DNA of 63,961 nt, counting the filler, from Craspedostauros australis (lineage: Eukaryota), in NCBI GenBank assembly GCA_030167865.1. It is 10 parts of 10 records of this genome, joined end to end, with 100 filler letters (N's around TTAATTAATTAA, not from the genome) between each part and the next. Parts side by side here need not be neighbours in the genome. Positions count along the whole stretch, not along the records: positions 1 to 14,982 come from JALAGF010005104.1; 9 more parts are not named here. The stretch is one strand, 5' to 3'. The notes under the pieces were generated by a model, which saw only the letters and a list, made by a program, of their open reading frames with translations, searched no databases and had not been told where the DNA came from. A program made the translations under genes and the position numbers. Below, one piece after another: positions 1-13,200 of the stretch (positions within the stretch are counted from its first letter, which is position 1; the number at the start of each line of letters is the position of its first letter).

Positions 1-1200
1 CAGTGGTTGGGGATGCTGATTGAGATGGAGAGGAAGTCGTTGATGGTGTCGCAGATGGCATCGTAGACGGCGCCATGGACGGTGTCTCACTATCTTCAAA
101 AGCATTTGGCGCTGAGACTGGTTGTTCGATATCCGTGGTTGGGGATGCTGATTGAGATGGAGATGAAGTCGTGGATGGTGTTGTGGACGGTGTCGCAGAT
201 GATGTCTCAGTCGATGTCTCAGACGGTGTGGTGGATGGTTGTTCAGTTTCAGTGGTTGGGGATGCTGATTGAGATGGAGAGGACGTCGTTGATGGTGTCG
301 CAGATGGCATCGTAGACGGCGCCATGGACGGTGTCTCACTATCTTCAAAATCATTTGGCGCCGAGACTGGCTGTTCAACCTCCGTGGTTGGGGATGCTGA
401 TTGAGANNNNNNNNNNNNNNNNNNNNNNNNNNNNNNNNNNNNNNNNNNNNNNNNNNNNNNNNNNNNNNNNNNNNNNNNNNNNNNNNNNNNNNNNNNNNNN
501 NNNNNNNNNNNNNNNNNNNNNNNNNNNNNNNNNNNNNNNNNNNNNNNNNNNNNNNNNNNNNNNNNNNNNNNNNNNNNNNNNNNNNNNNNNNNNNNNNNNN
601 NNNNNNNNNNNNNNNNNNNNNNNNNNNNNNNNNNNNNNNNNNNNNNNNNNNNNNNNNNNNNNNNNNNNNNNNNNNNNNNNNNNNNNNNNNNNNNNGTCGT
701 TGATGGTGTCGCAGAAGGCATCGCAGATGATGTCTCCGTTGGCGTCTCAGACGGTGTCGTGGATGGTTGATCAGTTTCAATTGTTGGGGATGCTGATTGA
801 GATGGAGAGGAAGTCGTTGATGGTGTCGCAGATGGCATCGTAGACGGCGTCATGGACGGTGCGTCGCTATCNNNNNNNNNNNNNNNNNNNNNNNNNNNNN
901 NNNNNNNNNNNNNNNNNNNNNNNNNNNNNNNNNNNNNNNNNNNNNNNNNNNNNNNNNNNNNNNNNNNNNNNNNNNNNNNNNNNNNNNNNNNNNNNNNNNN
1001 NNNNNNNNNNNNNNNNNNNTCAGTTTCAGTGGTTGGGGATGCTGATTGAGATGGAGAGGAAGTCGTTGATGGTGTCGCAGATGGCATCGTAGACGGCGTC
1101 ATGGACGGTGCGTCGCTATCTTCAAAATCATTTGGCGCCGAGACTGGCTGTTCAACCTCCGTGGTTGGAGACCATGATTGAGATGGAGATGAAGTCGTCG
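1..1200 (-). repeat. 249-bp (83-aa) higher-order coding repeat built from two PSTTSSPSQSASPTT-containing subunits
   Basis: CAGTGGTTGGGGATGCTGATTGAGATGGAGAGGA occurs at positions 1 and 250, with further copies near 780 and 1027 between gaps. Confidence 0.85.
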
Positions 1201-4200
1201 ATGGCGTTGCGGAAGGTGCCCTTGTCACATTGGTGTCTGTCGCGTTGATATCACTTGACGGAGCATCAGACGGCAGTGTCGATGGAATCTCAGTTTCGTT
1301 GGTGTCGCTTGGTGGAGCCTCTGAAGGCGTCGCTGACGGAACAACCGTCGTGTTGTTATCCGTTGTATTCTGCTCGCTTGATGGAGCCGCTGAAGGCATC
1401 GCAGATGGAATCTCAGTTGCATTTGCGTTGCTGGATGGCATGTCTGATGGCATCGCGGACGGGATCTCCGTTGCATTGGTCTCCGTTGCGTTGGTGTCGC
1501 TTGACGGAGCTGATGATGGAATCGCGGACGGAATTTCTGTTGCGTTTGGGTCCGTTGCGTTGGCATCGTTTGATGGAACCGCAGATGGAATCTCCGTTGT
1601 GTTGGTATCTGTTGTGTTGATGTCGTTTGATGGAGCCTCCGAAGGCAACGTGGACGGGACCTCTGTGGCATTTGCATCCGTCAGATTGGTGTCGCTTGAT
1701 GGCATCTCTGATGGTAGTGTCGATGGAATCTCTGTTGCGTTGTTGTCGCTTGACGGAGCAGTGGAAGGCATTGTCGACGGAGCAGTCGTTGCGTTGCTAT
1801 CCGTTGTATTGGTGTCGCTCGACGGAGCTTCTGAAGGTATCGTTGAAGGAACAGCCGTTGTATTGGATTCTGTCGTATTCTGCTCGCTTGATGGAGCCTG
1901 CGAAGGCATCGCAGATGGAATCTCAGTTGCATTTGCGTCGCTGGACGTCATGTCTGATGGCATCGCGGACAGAACCTCCGTTGCATTGGTCTCCGTTGCG
2001 TTGTTGTCGCTCGATGGTGCCTCTGAAGGAATCATCGATGGAGCAGCCGTTGCATTAGAGTCTGTTTCGTTGGAATCACTTGATGGAGCGGATGATGGTA
2101 TCGTAGATGGAATCTCTGTTTCGTTGGTGTCCGTCGCATTAGTGTCGCTAGACGGAGCCTCCGAAGGCATCATCGATGGAACTGTCGTCGCGTTTGTGTC
2201 GCTGGATGGCATATCTGATGGCAGCACCGATGGGACCTCCGTTGTGTTGTTGCCATTTGATGGCGCAGACGATGGCACCGAGGACGGGAACTCAGTTGCA
2301 TTGGAGCCCGTCGCATTGGTGTCGCCAGATGGCATCACAGATGGAACAGCCGTCGCATTGGTCTCAATCGATGGGACACCAGAAGGCATCAACGATGGGA
2401 CCTCAGTTGTATTTCCGTCGGTTGTGTTGTTCTCGCTTGGAGTAGATGAGAGCATCGCTGACGGGACCTCTGTTGCATTGGTCTCCGTCAAGTTGGATTC
2501 TCTGGAAGGCCTGTCTGATGGCATCGCAGATGGAGCAGCCGTTGTATTTGAGTCTGTAGTATTTTGGTCACTGGATGGAGCCAATGATGGCAGCTCGGAC
2601 GGGGCCTCTGTTGCGTTCGAGTCTGTCGCATTGGTTCCAATCGATGGAGTCTGCGAAGGTATCATCGATGGAATAGTTGTTGCATTTGTGCCTGTTATGT
2701 TGTTGTTGGACGGAGTAGACGATGGCATCATCGATGGCATCGCTGTGACATTGGCGTCAGTTCCATTGGTATCGCTTGGCGCGGAGGAGGGCATGACGGA
2801 CGGGATATCCGTTGCATTGACATTAGTTTCGTTGGTGTTGGTTGGGGAGCCCGAAGGCATGGTCGATGGCACCTCCGTCGTATTGACGTCAGTTGCGTTG
2901 ACCTCGCTTGGTGCGACCGATGGCAGTGTTGATGGAATCTCCGTCGCATTGGTATCGGTTGCGTTGGTCTCGCTTGGTGCGGCTGATGGCGTCGTTGATG
3001 GGGTCTCCGTCGCATTGGCATCGGTTGCATTGGTCTCGCTTGGCGCATCAGAACGCATCGTTGATGGAATTGCCGTTGCATTGGCATCAGTTGCGTTGGT
3101 CTCACTTGGTGTGGCCGATGGCATCGTTGATGGCACCTCCGTTGCATTGGCATCGGTTGCATTGGTCTCACTTGGTGCATCAGAAGGCATGGTTGATGGC
3201 ACCTCCGTGCTGTTGGGATCAGTTGCGTTGGTCTCACTTGGTGCGTTCGATGGCATCATCGATGGGGTCTCCGTTGTATTGGTATCGGTTGCATTGGTCT
3301 CACTTGGTGCGTTCGAAGGCATCGTTGATGGAACATCCGTGCTGTTGGCGGTAGTTGAATTGGTCTCGCTTGGTGCGTTCGATGGCATGGTTGATGGAAT
3401 CTCTGTGCTGTTGGCGGTAGTTGCATTGGTCTCGCTTGGTGCATCAGAAGGCATGGTTGATGGAATCTCCGTGCTGTTGGCGGTAGTTGAATTGGTCTCA
3501 CTTGGTGCGTTCGATGACATCGTTGATGGCACATCCGTGCTGTTGGCGGTAGTTGAATTGGTCTCACTTGGTGCGTTCGATGGCATGGTTGATGGCACAT
3601 CCGTGCTGTTGGCATCGGTTGCATTGGTCTCATTTGGTGCATCAGAAGGCATGGTTGATGGCACATCCGTGCTGTTGGCGGTAGTTGCATTGGTCTCACT
3701 TGGTGCATCAGAAGGCATGGTTGATGGCACATCCGTGCTGTTGGCATCGGTTGCATTGGTCTCGCTTGGTGCGTTCGATGGCATCGTTGATGGAACATCC
3801 GTGCTGTTGGCGGTAGTTGCATTGGTCTCACTTGGTGCATCAGAAGGCATGGTTGATGGAACATCCGTGCTGTTGGCGGTAGTTGCATTGGTCTCACTTG
3901 GTTCGACCGATGGCAGTGTTGATGGAATCTCCGTCGCATTGGCATCGGTTGCGTTGGTCTCACTTGGTGCGTTCGATGGCANNNNNNNNNNNNNNNNNNN
4001 NNNNNNNNNNNNNNNNNNNNNNNNNNNNNNNGTAGTTGCATTGGTCTCACTTGGTGCATCAGAAGGCATGGTTGATGGCACATCCGTGCTGTTGGCGGTA
4101 GTTGCATTGGTCTCATTTGGTTCGACCGATGGCAGTGTTGATGGAATCTCCGTCGCATTGGCATCGGTTGCGTTGGTCTCACTTGGTGCGTTCGATGGCA

Positions 4201-7200
4201 TCGTTGATGGAACATCCGTGCTGTTGGCATCGGTTGCATTGGTCTCGCTTGGTGCGTTCGATGGCATGGTTGATGGAATCTCCGTGCTGTTGGCGGTAGT
4301 TGCATTGGTCTCACTTGGTGCATCAGAAGGCATGGTTGATGGCACATCCGTGCTGTTGGTGTTGGTCGCATTGGTCTCACTTGGTGCGTTCGAAGGCATC
4401 GTTGATGAAATCTCCGTCGCATTGGCGTTTGTTGCATTGGGCTCGCTTGGTGCGGCCGACGGCATTGTTGATGGACTCTCCGTGCTGTTGGCGGTAGTTG
4501 CATTGGTCTCACTTGGTGCATCAGAAGGCATCATGGATGGCGTCTCCGTCGAGTCAACATCAGTTGTATTGGCTTCGCTTGGTGTTTCTGAGGGTATCAT
4601 GGATGGAACCTCCGTTGCATTCAACTCGGTTGCGTTGGCCTGGGTTGGACTGTCTGACGGCATCATCGATGGAATCTCCGTTTCATTGAAGTTCGTGACA
4701 TTGGTGTTGCTTGGCGCGTCCGAAGGTATGGTTGATGGAACATCCATTGAGTTGGCGTCGGTTGCATTGATATCACTTGGAGCTAACGAAGGAATGGTCG
4801 ATGGCACTTCCGTTGCATTGACGTCCGTGGCGTTGATCTCACTTGGAGCTGACGAAGGTATGGTCGATGGGATCTCCGTTGAGTTGGTGTCGGTTGTATT
4901 GACTTCGCTTGGAGCCGACGAAGGCATCGTGGATGGGATCTCCGTTTCATTCGTATCGGTTGTATTGATCTCACTTGGTGAGTTCGAAGGTATGGACGAC
5001 GGAATCTCCGTGATGTTGGCACCGGTTGTATTGATCTCACTTGGAGCAGACGAAGGCATCGTGGATGGGATCTCGGTTGAGTTGACGTCGGTTGCATTGG
5101 TCTCACTTGGTGCAGACAAAGGCATGGTCGATGGGATCTCCGTTGCATTGACGTCCGTGGCGTTGACCTCGCTTGGAGCAGACGAAGGCATCGTGGATGG
5201 CACTTCCGTTGCATTTGTGTCGGTTGTATTGATCTCACTTGGAGCAGACGAAGGCATGGTCGATGGAACCTCCGTTGCATTGACGTCCGTGGCGTTGATC
5301 TTGCTTGGAGCTGACGAAGGCATCGTGGATGGCACTTCCGTTGAGTTGGTGTCGGTTGTATTGACTTCGCTTGGAGTCGACGAAGGTATGGTCGATGGGA
5401 TCTCCGTTGCATTGGTGTCGGTTGTATTGATCTCACTTGGTGCAGACGAAGGTATGGTCGATGGGATCTCCGTGCTGTTGGCATCGGTTGAGTTGATCTC
5501 GCTTGGAGCCGACGAAGGAATGGTCGATGGGATCTCCGTTGCATTGGTGTCGGTTGCATTGATCTCACTTGGTACAGACGAAGGAATGGTCGATGGCACT
5601 TCCGTTGCATTGGCGTCGGTTGCATTGGTCTCACTTGGAGCAGACGAAGGCATCGTGGATGGGATCTCTGTTGCATTGGTGTCGGTTGCATTGGCTTCAC
5701 TTGGAGCAAACGAAGAAATGGTCGATGGGATCTCTGTTGCATTGACATCAGTTGCATTGACTTCACTTGGAGCAGACGAAGGAATGGTCGATGGGATCTC
5801 CGTTGCATTGGTGTCGGTTGCATTGATCTCACTTGGTGCAGACGAAGGAATGGTCGATGGGATCTCCGTTGCATTGGTGTCGGTTGCGTTGATCTCACTT
5901 GGTACAGACGAAGGAATGGTCGATGGGATCTCCGTTGCATTGGTGTCGGTTGCATTGATCTCACTTGGTACAGACGAAGGCATCGTGGATGGGATCTCTG
6001 TTGCATTGGTGTCGGTTGCATTGATCTCGCTTGGTGCAGACGAAGGAATGGTTGATGGAACATCCGTTGAGTTGGTGTCGGTTGCATTGGTCTCACTTGG
6101 TACAGACGAAGGTATGGTCGATGGGATCTCCGTTGCATTGGTGTCGGTTGCATTGGTCTCACTTGGTACAGACGAAGGAATGGTCGATGGGATCTCCGTT
6201 GCATTGGTGTCGGTTGCGTTGATCTCGCTTGGTGCAGACGAAGGAATGGTCGATGGAATCTCCGTTGCATTGGTGTCGGTTGCATTGATCTCACTTGGTA
6301 CAGACGAAGGCATCGTGGATGGGATCTCTGTTGCATTGGTGTCGGTTGCATTGATCTCGCTTGGTGCAGACGAAGGAATGGTCGATGGAATCTCCGTTGC
6401 ATTGGAGTCCGTGGCGTTGACCTCGCTTGGAGCAAACGAAGGTATGGTCGATGGGATCTCCGTTGAGTTGGTGTCGGTTGCATTGGTCTCACTTGGAGCA
6501 AACGAAGGAATGGTCGATGGGATCTCTGTTGCATTGGCGTCGGTTGCATTGATCTCGCTTGGTGCAGACGAAGGAATGGTCGATGGGATCTCCGTTGCAT
6601 TGGTGTCGGTTGCATTGGTCTCACTTGGAGCAAACGAAGGAATGGTCGATGGAATCTCCGTTGCATTGGAGTCCGTGGCGTTGACCTCGCTTGGAGCAAA
6701 CGAAGGTATGGTCGATGGAATCTCCGTTGCATTGGTGTCGGTTGCGTTGATCTCACTTGGTACAGACGAAGGAATGGTCGATGGGATCTCCGTTGCATTG
6801 GTGTCGGTTGCATTGATCTCNNNNNNNNNNNNNNNNNNNNNNNNNNNNNNNNNNNNNNNNNNNNNNNNGTCGGTTGCATTGATCTCGCTTGGTGCAGACG
6901 AAGGAATGGTCGATGGAATCTCCGTTGCATTGGAGTCCGTGGCGTTGACCTCGCTTGGAGCAAACGAAGGAATGGTCGATGGGATCTCCGTTGAGTTGGT
7001 GTCGGTTGCATTGGTCTCACTTGGAGCAAACGAAGGAATGGTCGATGGGATCTCCGTTGCATTAGAGCCCGTGGCGTTGACCTCGCTTGGAGCAAACGAA
7101 GGCATGGCCGATGGAATCTCCGTTGCATTGGTGTGGGTTGTATTGGTCTCACTTGGTGCAGACGAAGGAATGGTCGATGGAATCTCCGTTGCATTGGTGT

Positions 7201-10200
7201 CGGTTGCATTGGTCTCACTTGGAGCAAACGAAGGAATGGTCGATGGGATCTCCGTTGCATTGGCGTCGGTTGCATTGATCTCGCTTGGTGCAGATGAAAG
7301 TATGGTCGATGGGATCTCCGTTGAGTTGGTGTCGGTTGCGTTGATCTCACTTGGTACAGATGAAGGCATGGTCGATGGGATCTCCGTTGCATTCGTGTCA
7401 GTTGCATTGACTTCGCTTGGAGCAAACGAAGGAATGGTCGATGGGATCTCCGTTGCATTGGAGTCCGTGGCGTTGACCTCGCTTGGAGCTGACGAAGGAA
7501 TGGTCGATGGGATCTCCGTTGAGTTGGCGTCGGTTGCATTGGTCTCACTTGGAGCCGACGAAGGCATCGTGGATGGGATCTCTGTTGCATTGGTGTCGGT
7601 AGTATTGACTTCACTTGGAGCAGACGAAGGAATGGTCGATGGGATCTCTGTTGCATTGACATCAGTTGCATTGACTTCGCTTGGAGCCGACGAAGGAATA
7701 GTCGATGGGATCTCTGTTGCATTGGCGTCGGTTGCATTGACTTCGCTTGGTGCAGACGAAGGAATGGTCGATGGAACATCCGTTGCATTGGAGTCCGTGG
7801 CGTTGACCTCGCTTGGAGCAAACGAAGGAATGGTCGATGGGATCTCCGTTGAGTTGACGTCCGTGGCGTTGATCTCACTTGGTGCAGACGAAGGAATGGT
7901 CGATGGAATCTCCGTTGCATTGGTGTCGGTTGCATTGATCTCGCTTGGTGCAGACGAAGGTATGGTCGATGGGATCTCCGTTGCATTCGTGTCGGTTGCG
8001 TTGATCTCACTTGGTNNNGACGAAGGAATGGTCGATGGAATCTCCGTTGCATTGGAGTCCGTGGCGTTGACCTCGCTTGGAGCAAACGAAGGAATGGTCG
8101 ATGGAATCTCCGTTGAGTTGGTGTCGGTTGCATTGGTCTCAGTTGGAGCAAACGAAGGAATGGTCGATGGGATCTCTGTTGCATTGACATCAGTTGCATT
8201 GACTTCACTTGGAGCAGACGAAGGCATGGTCGATGGGATCTCCGTTGCATTGGAGTCCGTGGCGTTGACCTCGCTTGGAGCAAACGAAGGAATGGTCGAT
8301 GGAATCTCCGTTGCATTGGCGTCGGTTGCATTGGTCTCACTTGGAGCAGACGAAGGCATGGTCGATGGGATCTCTGTTGCATTGACATCAGTTGCATTGA
8401 CTTCGCTTGGAGCAAACGAAGGAATGGTCGATGGGATCTCCGTTGCATTGGCGTCGGTTGCATTGATCTCGCTTGGTGCAGACGAAGGAATGGTCGATGG
8501 AATCTCCGTTGCATTGGAGTCNNNNNNNNNNNNNNNNNNNNNNNNNNNNNNNNNNNNNNNNNNNNNNNNNNNNNNNNNNNNNNNNNNNNNNNNNNNNNNN
8601 NNNNNNNNNNNNNACGAAGGAATGGTCGATGGGATCTCCGTTGCATTGGCGTCGGTTGCATTGGTCTCGCTTGGAGCAGACGAAGGAATGGTCGATGGAA
8701 CATCCGTNNNNNNNNNNNNNNNNNNNNNNNNNNNNNNNNNNNNNNNNNNNNNNNNNNTGCATTGATCTCACTTGGTACAGACGAAGGAATGGTCGATGGC
8801 ACTTCCGTTGCATTGGCGTCGGTTGCATTGGTCTCACTTGGTACAGACGAAGGAATGGTCGATGGGATCTCCGTTGAGTTGGTGTCGGTAGTATTGACTT
8901 CGCTTGGAGCAGACGAAGCCATCGTGGATGGCACTTCCGTTGCATTGGCGTCGGTTGCATTGGTCTCACTTGGAGTCGACGAAGGAATGGTCGATGGGAC
9001 CTCCGTTGCATTGGTGTGGGTTGTATTGATCTCACTTGGAGCTGACGAAGGAATGGTCGATGGCACTTCCGTTGCATTGGTGTCGGTTGCACTGATCTCG
9101 CTTGGTGCAGACGAAGGTATGGTCGATGGAATCTCCGTTGAGTTGGTGTCGGTTGCATTGGTCTCACTTGGTACAGACGAAGGAATGGTCGATGGGATCT
9201 CCGTTGCATTGGCGTCGGTTGCATTGGTCTCACTTGGAACAGACGAAGGCATCGTGGATGGGATCTCTGTTGCATTGGTGTCGGTTGTATTGATCTCACT
9301 TGGAGCTGACGAAGGAATGGTCGATGGGATCTCTGTTGCATTGACATCAGTTGCATTGACTTCGCTTGGACCCGACGAAGGCATGGTCGACGGGATCTCC
9401 GTTGCATTGGAGTCCGTGGCGTTGACCTCGCTTGGAGCAGACGAAGGAATGGTCGATGGGATCTCCGTTGCATTGGCGTCGGTTGCATTGGTCTCACTTG
9501 GAGCTGACGAAGGCATCGTAGATGGCACTTCCGTTGCATTGGCGTCGGTTGCATTGATCTCGCTTGGTGCAGACGAAGGTATGGTCGATGGAATCTTCGT
9601 TGCATTGGCGTCGGTTGCATTGACTTCACTTGGAGCAAACGAAGGAATGGTCGATGGAATCTCCGTTGCATTGGAGTCCGTGGCGTTGATCTCACTTGGA
9701 GCAGACGAAGGCATCGCGGATGGGATCTCCGTTGAGTTGACGTCGGTTGTATTGACTTCGCTTGGTACAGACGAAGGTATGGTCGATGGGATCTCCGTTG
9801 CGTTGGCGTCGGTTGCATTGACTTCGCTTGGAGCAGACGAAGGCATCGTGGATGGCACTTCCGTTGAGTTGGTGTCGGTTGTATTGACTTCGCTTGGAGC
9901 CGACGAAGGAATGGGCGATGACACTTCCGTTGCATTGGCGTCGGTTGCATTGACTTCACTTGGAGCAGACGAAGGTATGATCGATGGGATCTCCGTTGAG
10001 TTGACACCAGTTGCGTTGACTTCGCTTGGAGCTGACGAAGGTATGGTCGATGGAATCTCCGTTGCATTGGTGTCGGTTGCATTGATCTCACTTGGTGCAG
10101 ACGAAGGCATGGTCGATGGAATCTGCGTTGAGTTGGTGTTGGTTGCATTGATCTCACTTGGTGCCGACGAAGGCATTATGGATGGGATCTCCGTTTCGTT

Positions 10201-13200
10201 GAAGTCCGTGACATTGATCGCACTTGGAGCCGACGAAGGCATCGTGGATGGGATCTCCGTTGCATTGGCGTCGGTTGCATTGATCTCACTTGGGGAGTCT
10301 GAGGGCATCCTGGATGGAATCTCCGTTGCATTGACGTCGGTTGCATTGATCTCACTGGATGCAGACGAAGGTATGGTCGATGGGATCTCTGTTGCATTGA
10401 CATCAGTTGCATTGACTTCGCTTGGTGCAGACGAAGGTATGGTCGATGGAATCTCCGTTGCATTGGCGTCGGTTGCATTGACTTCACTTGGAGCAAACGA
10501 AGGAATGGTCGATGGAATCTCCGTTGCATTGGAGTCCGTGGCGTTGATCTCACTTGGAGCCGACGAAGACATCGTGGATGGCACTTCCGTTGCATTGGTG
10601 TCGGTTGCGTTGATCTCACTTGGGGAAGACGAAGGAATGGTCGATGGGACCTCCGTTGCATTGGTGTCGGTTGCATTGACTTCACTTGGTGCCGACGAAG
10701 GTATGGTCGATGGAATCTCCGTTTCATTGACATCAGTTGCATTGACTTCGCTTGGGGCCGACGAAGGAATAGTCGATGGGATCTCCGTTGAGTTGACGTC
10801 GGTTGCATTGGTCTCACTTGGAGCAGACGAAGGCATCGTGGATGGAATCTCCGTTGAGTTGGTGTCGGTTGTATTGATCTCACTTGGAGCAGACGAAGGA
10901 ATGGTCGATGGAACATCCGTGCTGTTGGCATCGGTTGTATTGATCTCACTTGGAGCAGACGAAGGCATCGTGGATGGGATCTCCGTTGAGTTGACGTCGG
11001 TTGTATTGATCGCACTTGGTGCAGACGAAGGAATGGTCGATGGAATCTCCGTTGAGTTGGTGTCGGTTGCATTGATCTCACTTGGAGCCGACGAAGGTAT
11101 CGTGGATGGGACCTCCGTTGAGTTGGTGTCGGTTGCATTGACTTCACTTGGAGCTGACGAAGGCATCGTAGATGGCACTTCCGTTGAGTTGGCGTCGGTT
11201 GCATTGGTCTCACTTGGAGCAGACGAAGGCATCGTGGATGGCGCTTCCGTTGAGTTGGTGTCGGTTGCATTGATCTCACTTGGAGCAGACGAAGGAATGG
11301 TCGATGGAACATCCGTGCTGTTGGCATCGATTGAGTTGATCTCGCTTGGAGCCGACGAAGGAATGGTCGATGGGATCTCCGTTGCATTGGCGTCGGTTGC
11401 ATTGGTCTCACTTGGAGCAGACGAAGGCATCGTGGATGGGATCTCCGTTGCATTGGTGTCGGTTGTATTGATCTCACTTGGAGCAGACGAAGGTATGGTC
11501 GATGGGATCTCCGTTGAGTTAGCCTCGGTTGTATCGATCTCACTGGGTGCAGACGAAGGCATGGTCGATGGGATCTCGGTTGCATTGACATCAGTTGCAT
11601 TGACTTCGCTTGGATCCGACGAAGGCATCGTGGACGGAATCTCAGTGACGTTGGTGTCGGTGTCAGTGATGTTGTTGTCGCTTGGAGTATCAGAAGGCAT
11701 CATGGAAGGAACATCTGTCGTATTGGCATCAGTTGTGTTAGCAGCGCTTGGAGCATCCGAAGGTATCGTTGATGGAATCTCCGTTGCATTCAAATCGGTT
11801 GCGTTGATCTCGCTGGGAGCACCAGAGGGAAAGGTTGATGGTACTTCCGTTACATTGGCATCAGTTGTGTTGATCTCACTCGGAGCTCCAGAGGGCATGG
11901 TTGATGGGATAGTTGTCGCATTGGCATCAGTCGTGTTAGTGTTGCTTGGTGCATCAGAGGGCACCATTGATGGGATATCTGTTGTTGCATTGAAGTCAGT
12001 GGCATTCGTCTCACTCGGAACGCCCGAAGGTATCATCGATGGCATCTCTGTTGCATTCGCATCAGTCGCGTTGATATCACTTGGAGCGGCGGAAGGCATC
12101 GTGGATGGTATCTCTGTTGCATTCGCGTCAGTTGCGTTGGTCTCGCTCGGGGCATCTGAAGGCACAACCGATAGGCTAGATGGTTGAGCCGACGGCAGCA
12201 TCGACGGTTCTGTTGATGGAGCGATGGAAACCTGTGATGGAAGACCAGACGGTCCGCTGGATGGGTTCAGAGATGGAAGGTCAGATCCCGTGGATGGTTC
12301 TCCAGAGGGTGTTTCAGACGGGTCAAGCGATGGTTCATTTGATAGCAACGTTGGCCCAATTGAAGGCTCACTCGAAGGTCCATTCGAAGGGACCTCAGAC
12401 CCCCTAGATGGTCGTTCCGATGGCATGATCGACGGATTTGCCGACGGTCTATCAGATACCTGCGATGGATGATCAGAAGGACTATCAGACGGCTGAGTAG
12501 ATGGCCGATCAGACATCTGAGATGGAGTCAATGATGGGCCAGTTGATGGATAGTCCGATGGCATATCGGATGCGATCGAAGGGCCTGCAGAAGGAACGGT
12601 AGATGGTTCCGTCGATGGCACCGCTGATACTTGAGATGGTAACAACGATGGCGCCACTGATGGATTGGCTGACGGCAAGCCCGATGACTGTGATGGTGTC
12701 ATCGAAGGAGAATCGGAAGGAATTGATGAAGGCGTGTTCGATTGTTGCGATGGTTGGACCGAGGGTTCAGTTGACGGACCTGCAGATGGAAAACCAGATG
12801 CTTGAGATGGCGCTTGTGATGGCTCAACTGAAGGATCTGATGACGGCACCTCAGATGCCTGCGACGGGACGGTGGAAGGCGCATTCGACGGGTCGCGAGA
12901 TGGACCTGCCGATAGTTGGGATGGAAGCGACGAAGGCCCGGCCGAAGGGTCCGCTGAAGGAACGTCCGATGCCTGTGATGGCCCGATGGATGGTTCAGTC
13001 GACGGGGGAGCCGAAGGCAAATCCGATGCTTTGGATGGTTGATCCGAAGGTCCCATGGAAGGGTGAATAGAAGGCACCTCTGATGCTTCTGACGGTTGGT
13101 TGGAGGGTGTTATCGATGGTTCGTCCGACGGTTCATCAGATGCATTGGACGGCATCGACGATGGCGAAGCCGATGGCGCCGTCGACGGCACATCAGACGA

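Noticed and set aside
1230..12187. Plus-strand hydrophobic ORFs of 2511 aa and 1141 aa (…DGISVALVSVALISLG…)
   Set aside because: Antisense shadow. In this register a plus-strand stop needs a Tyr, His or Gln codon in the minus-strand protein, and the 22-aa repeat essentially lacks these. The ORF ends at 12187, exactly where a Gln occurs.
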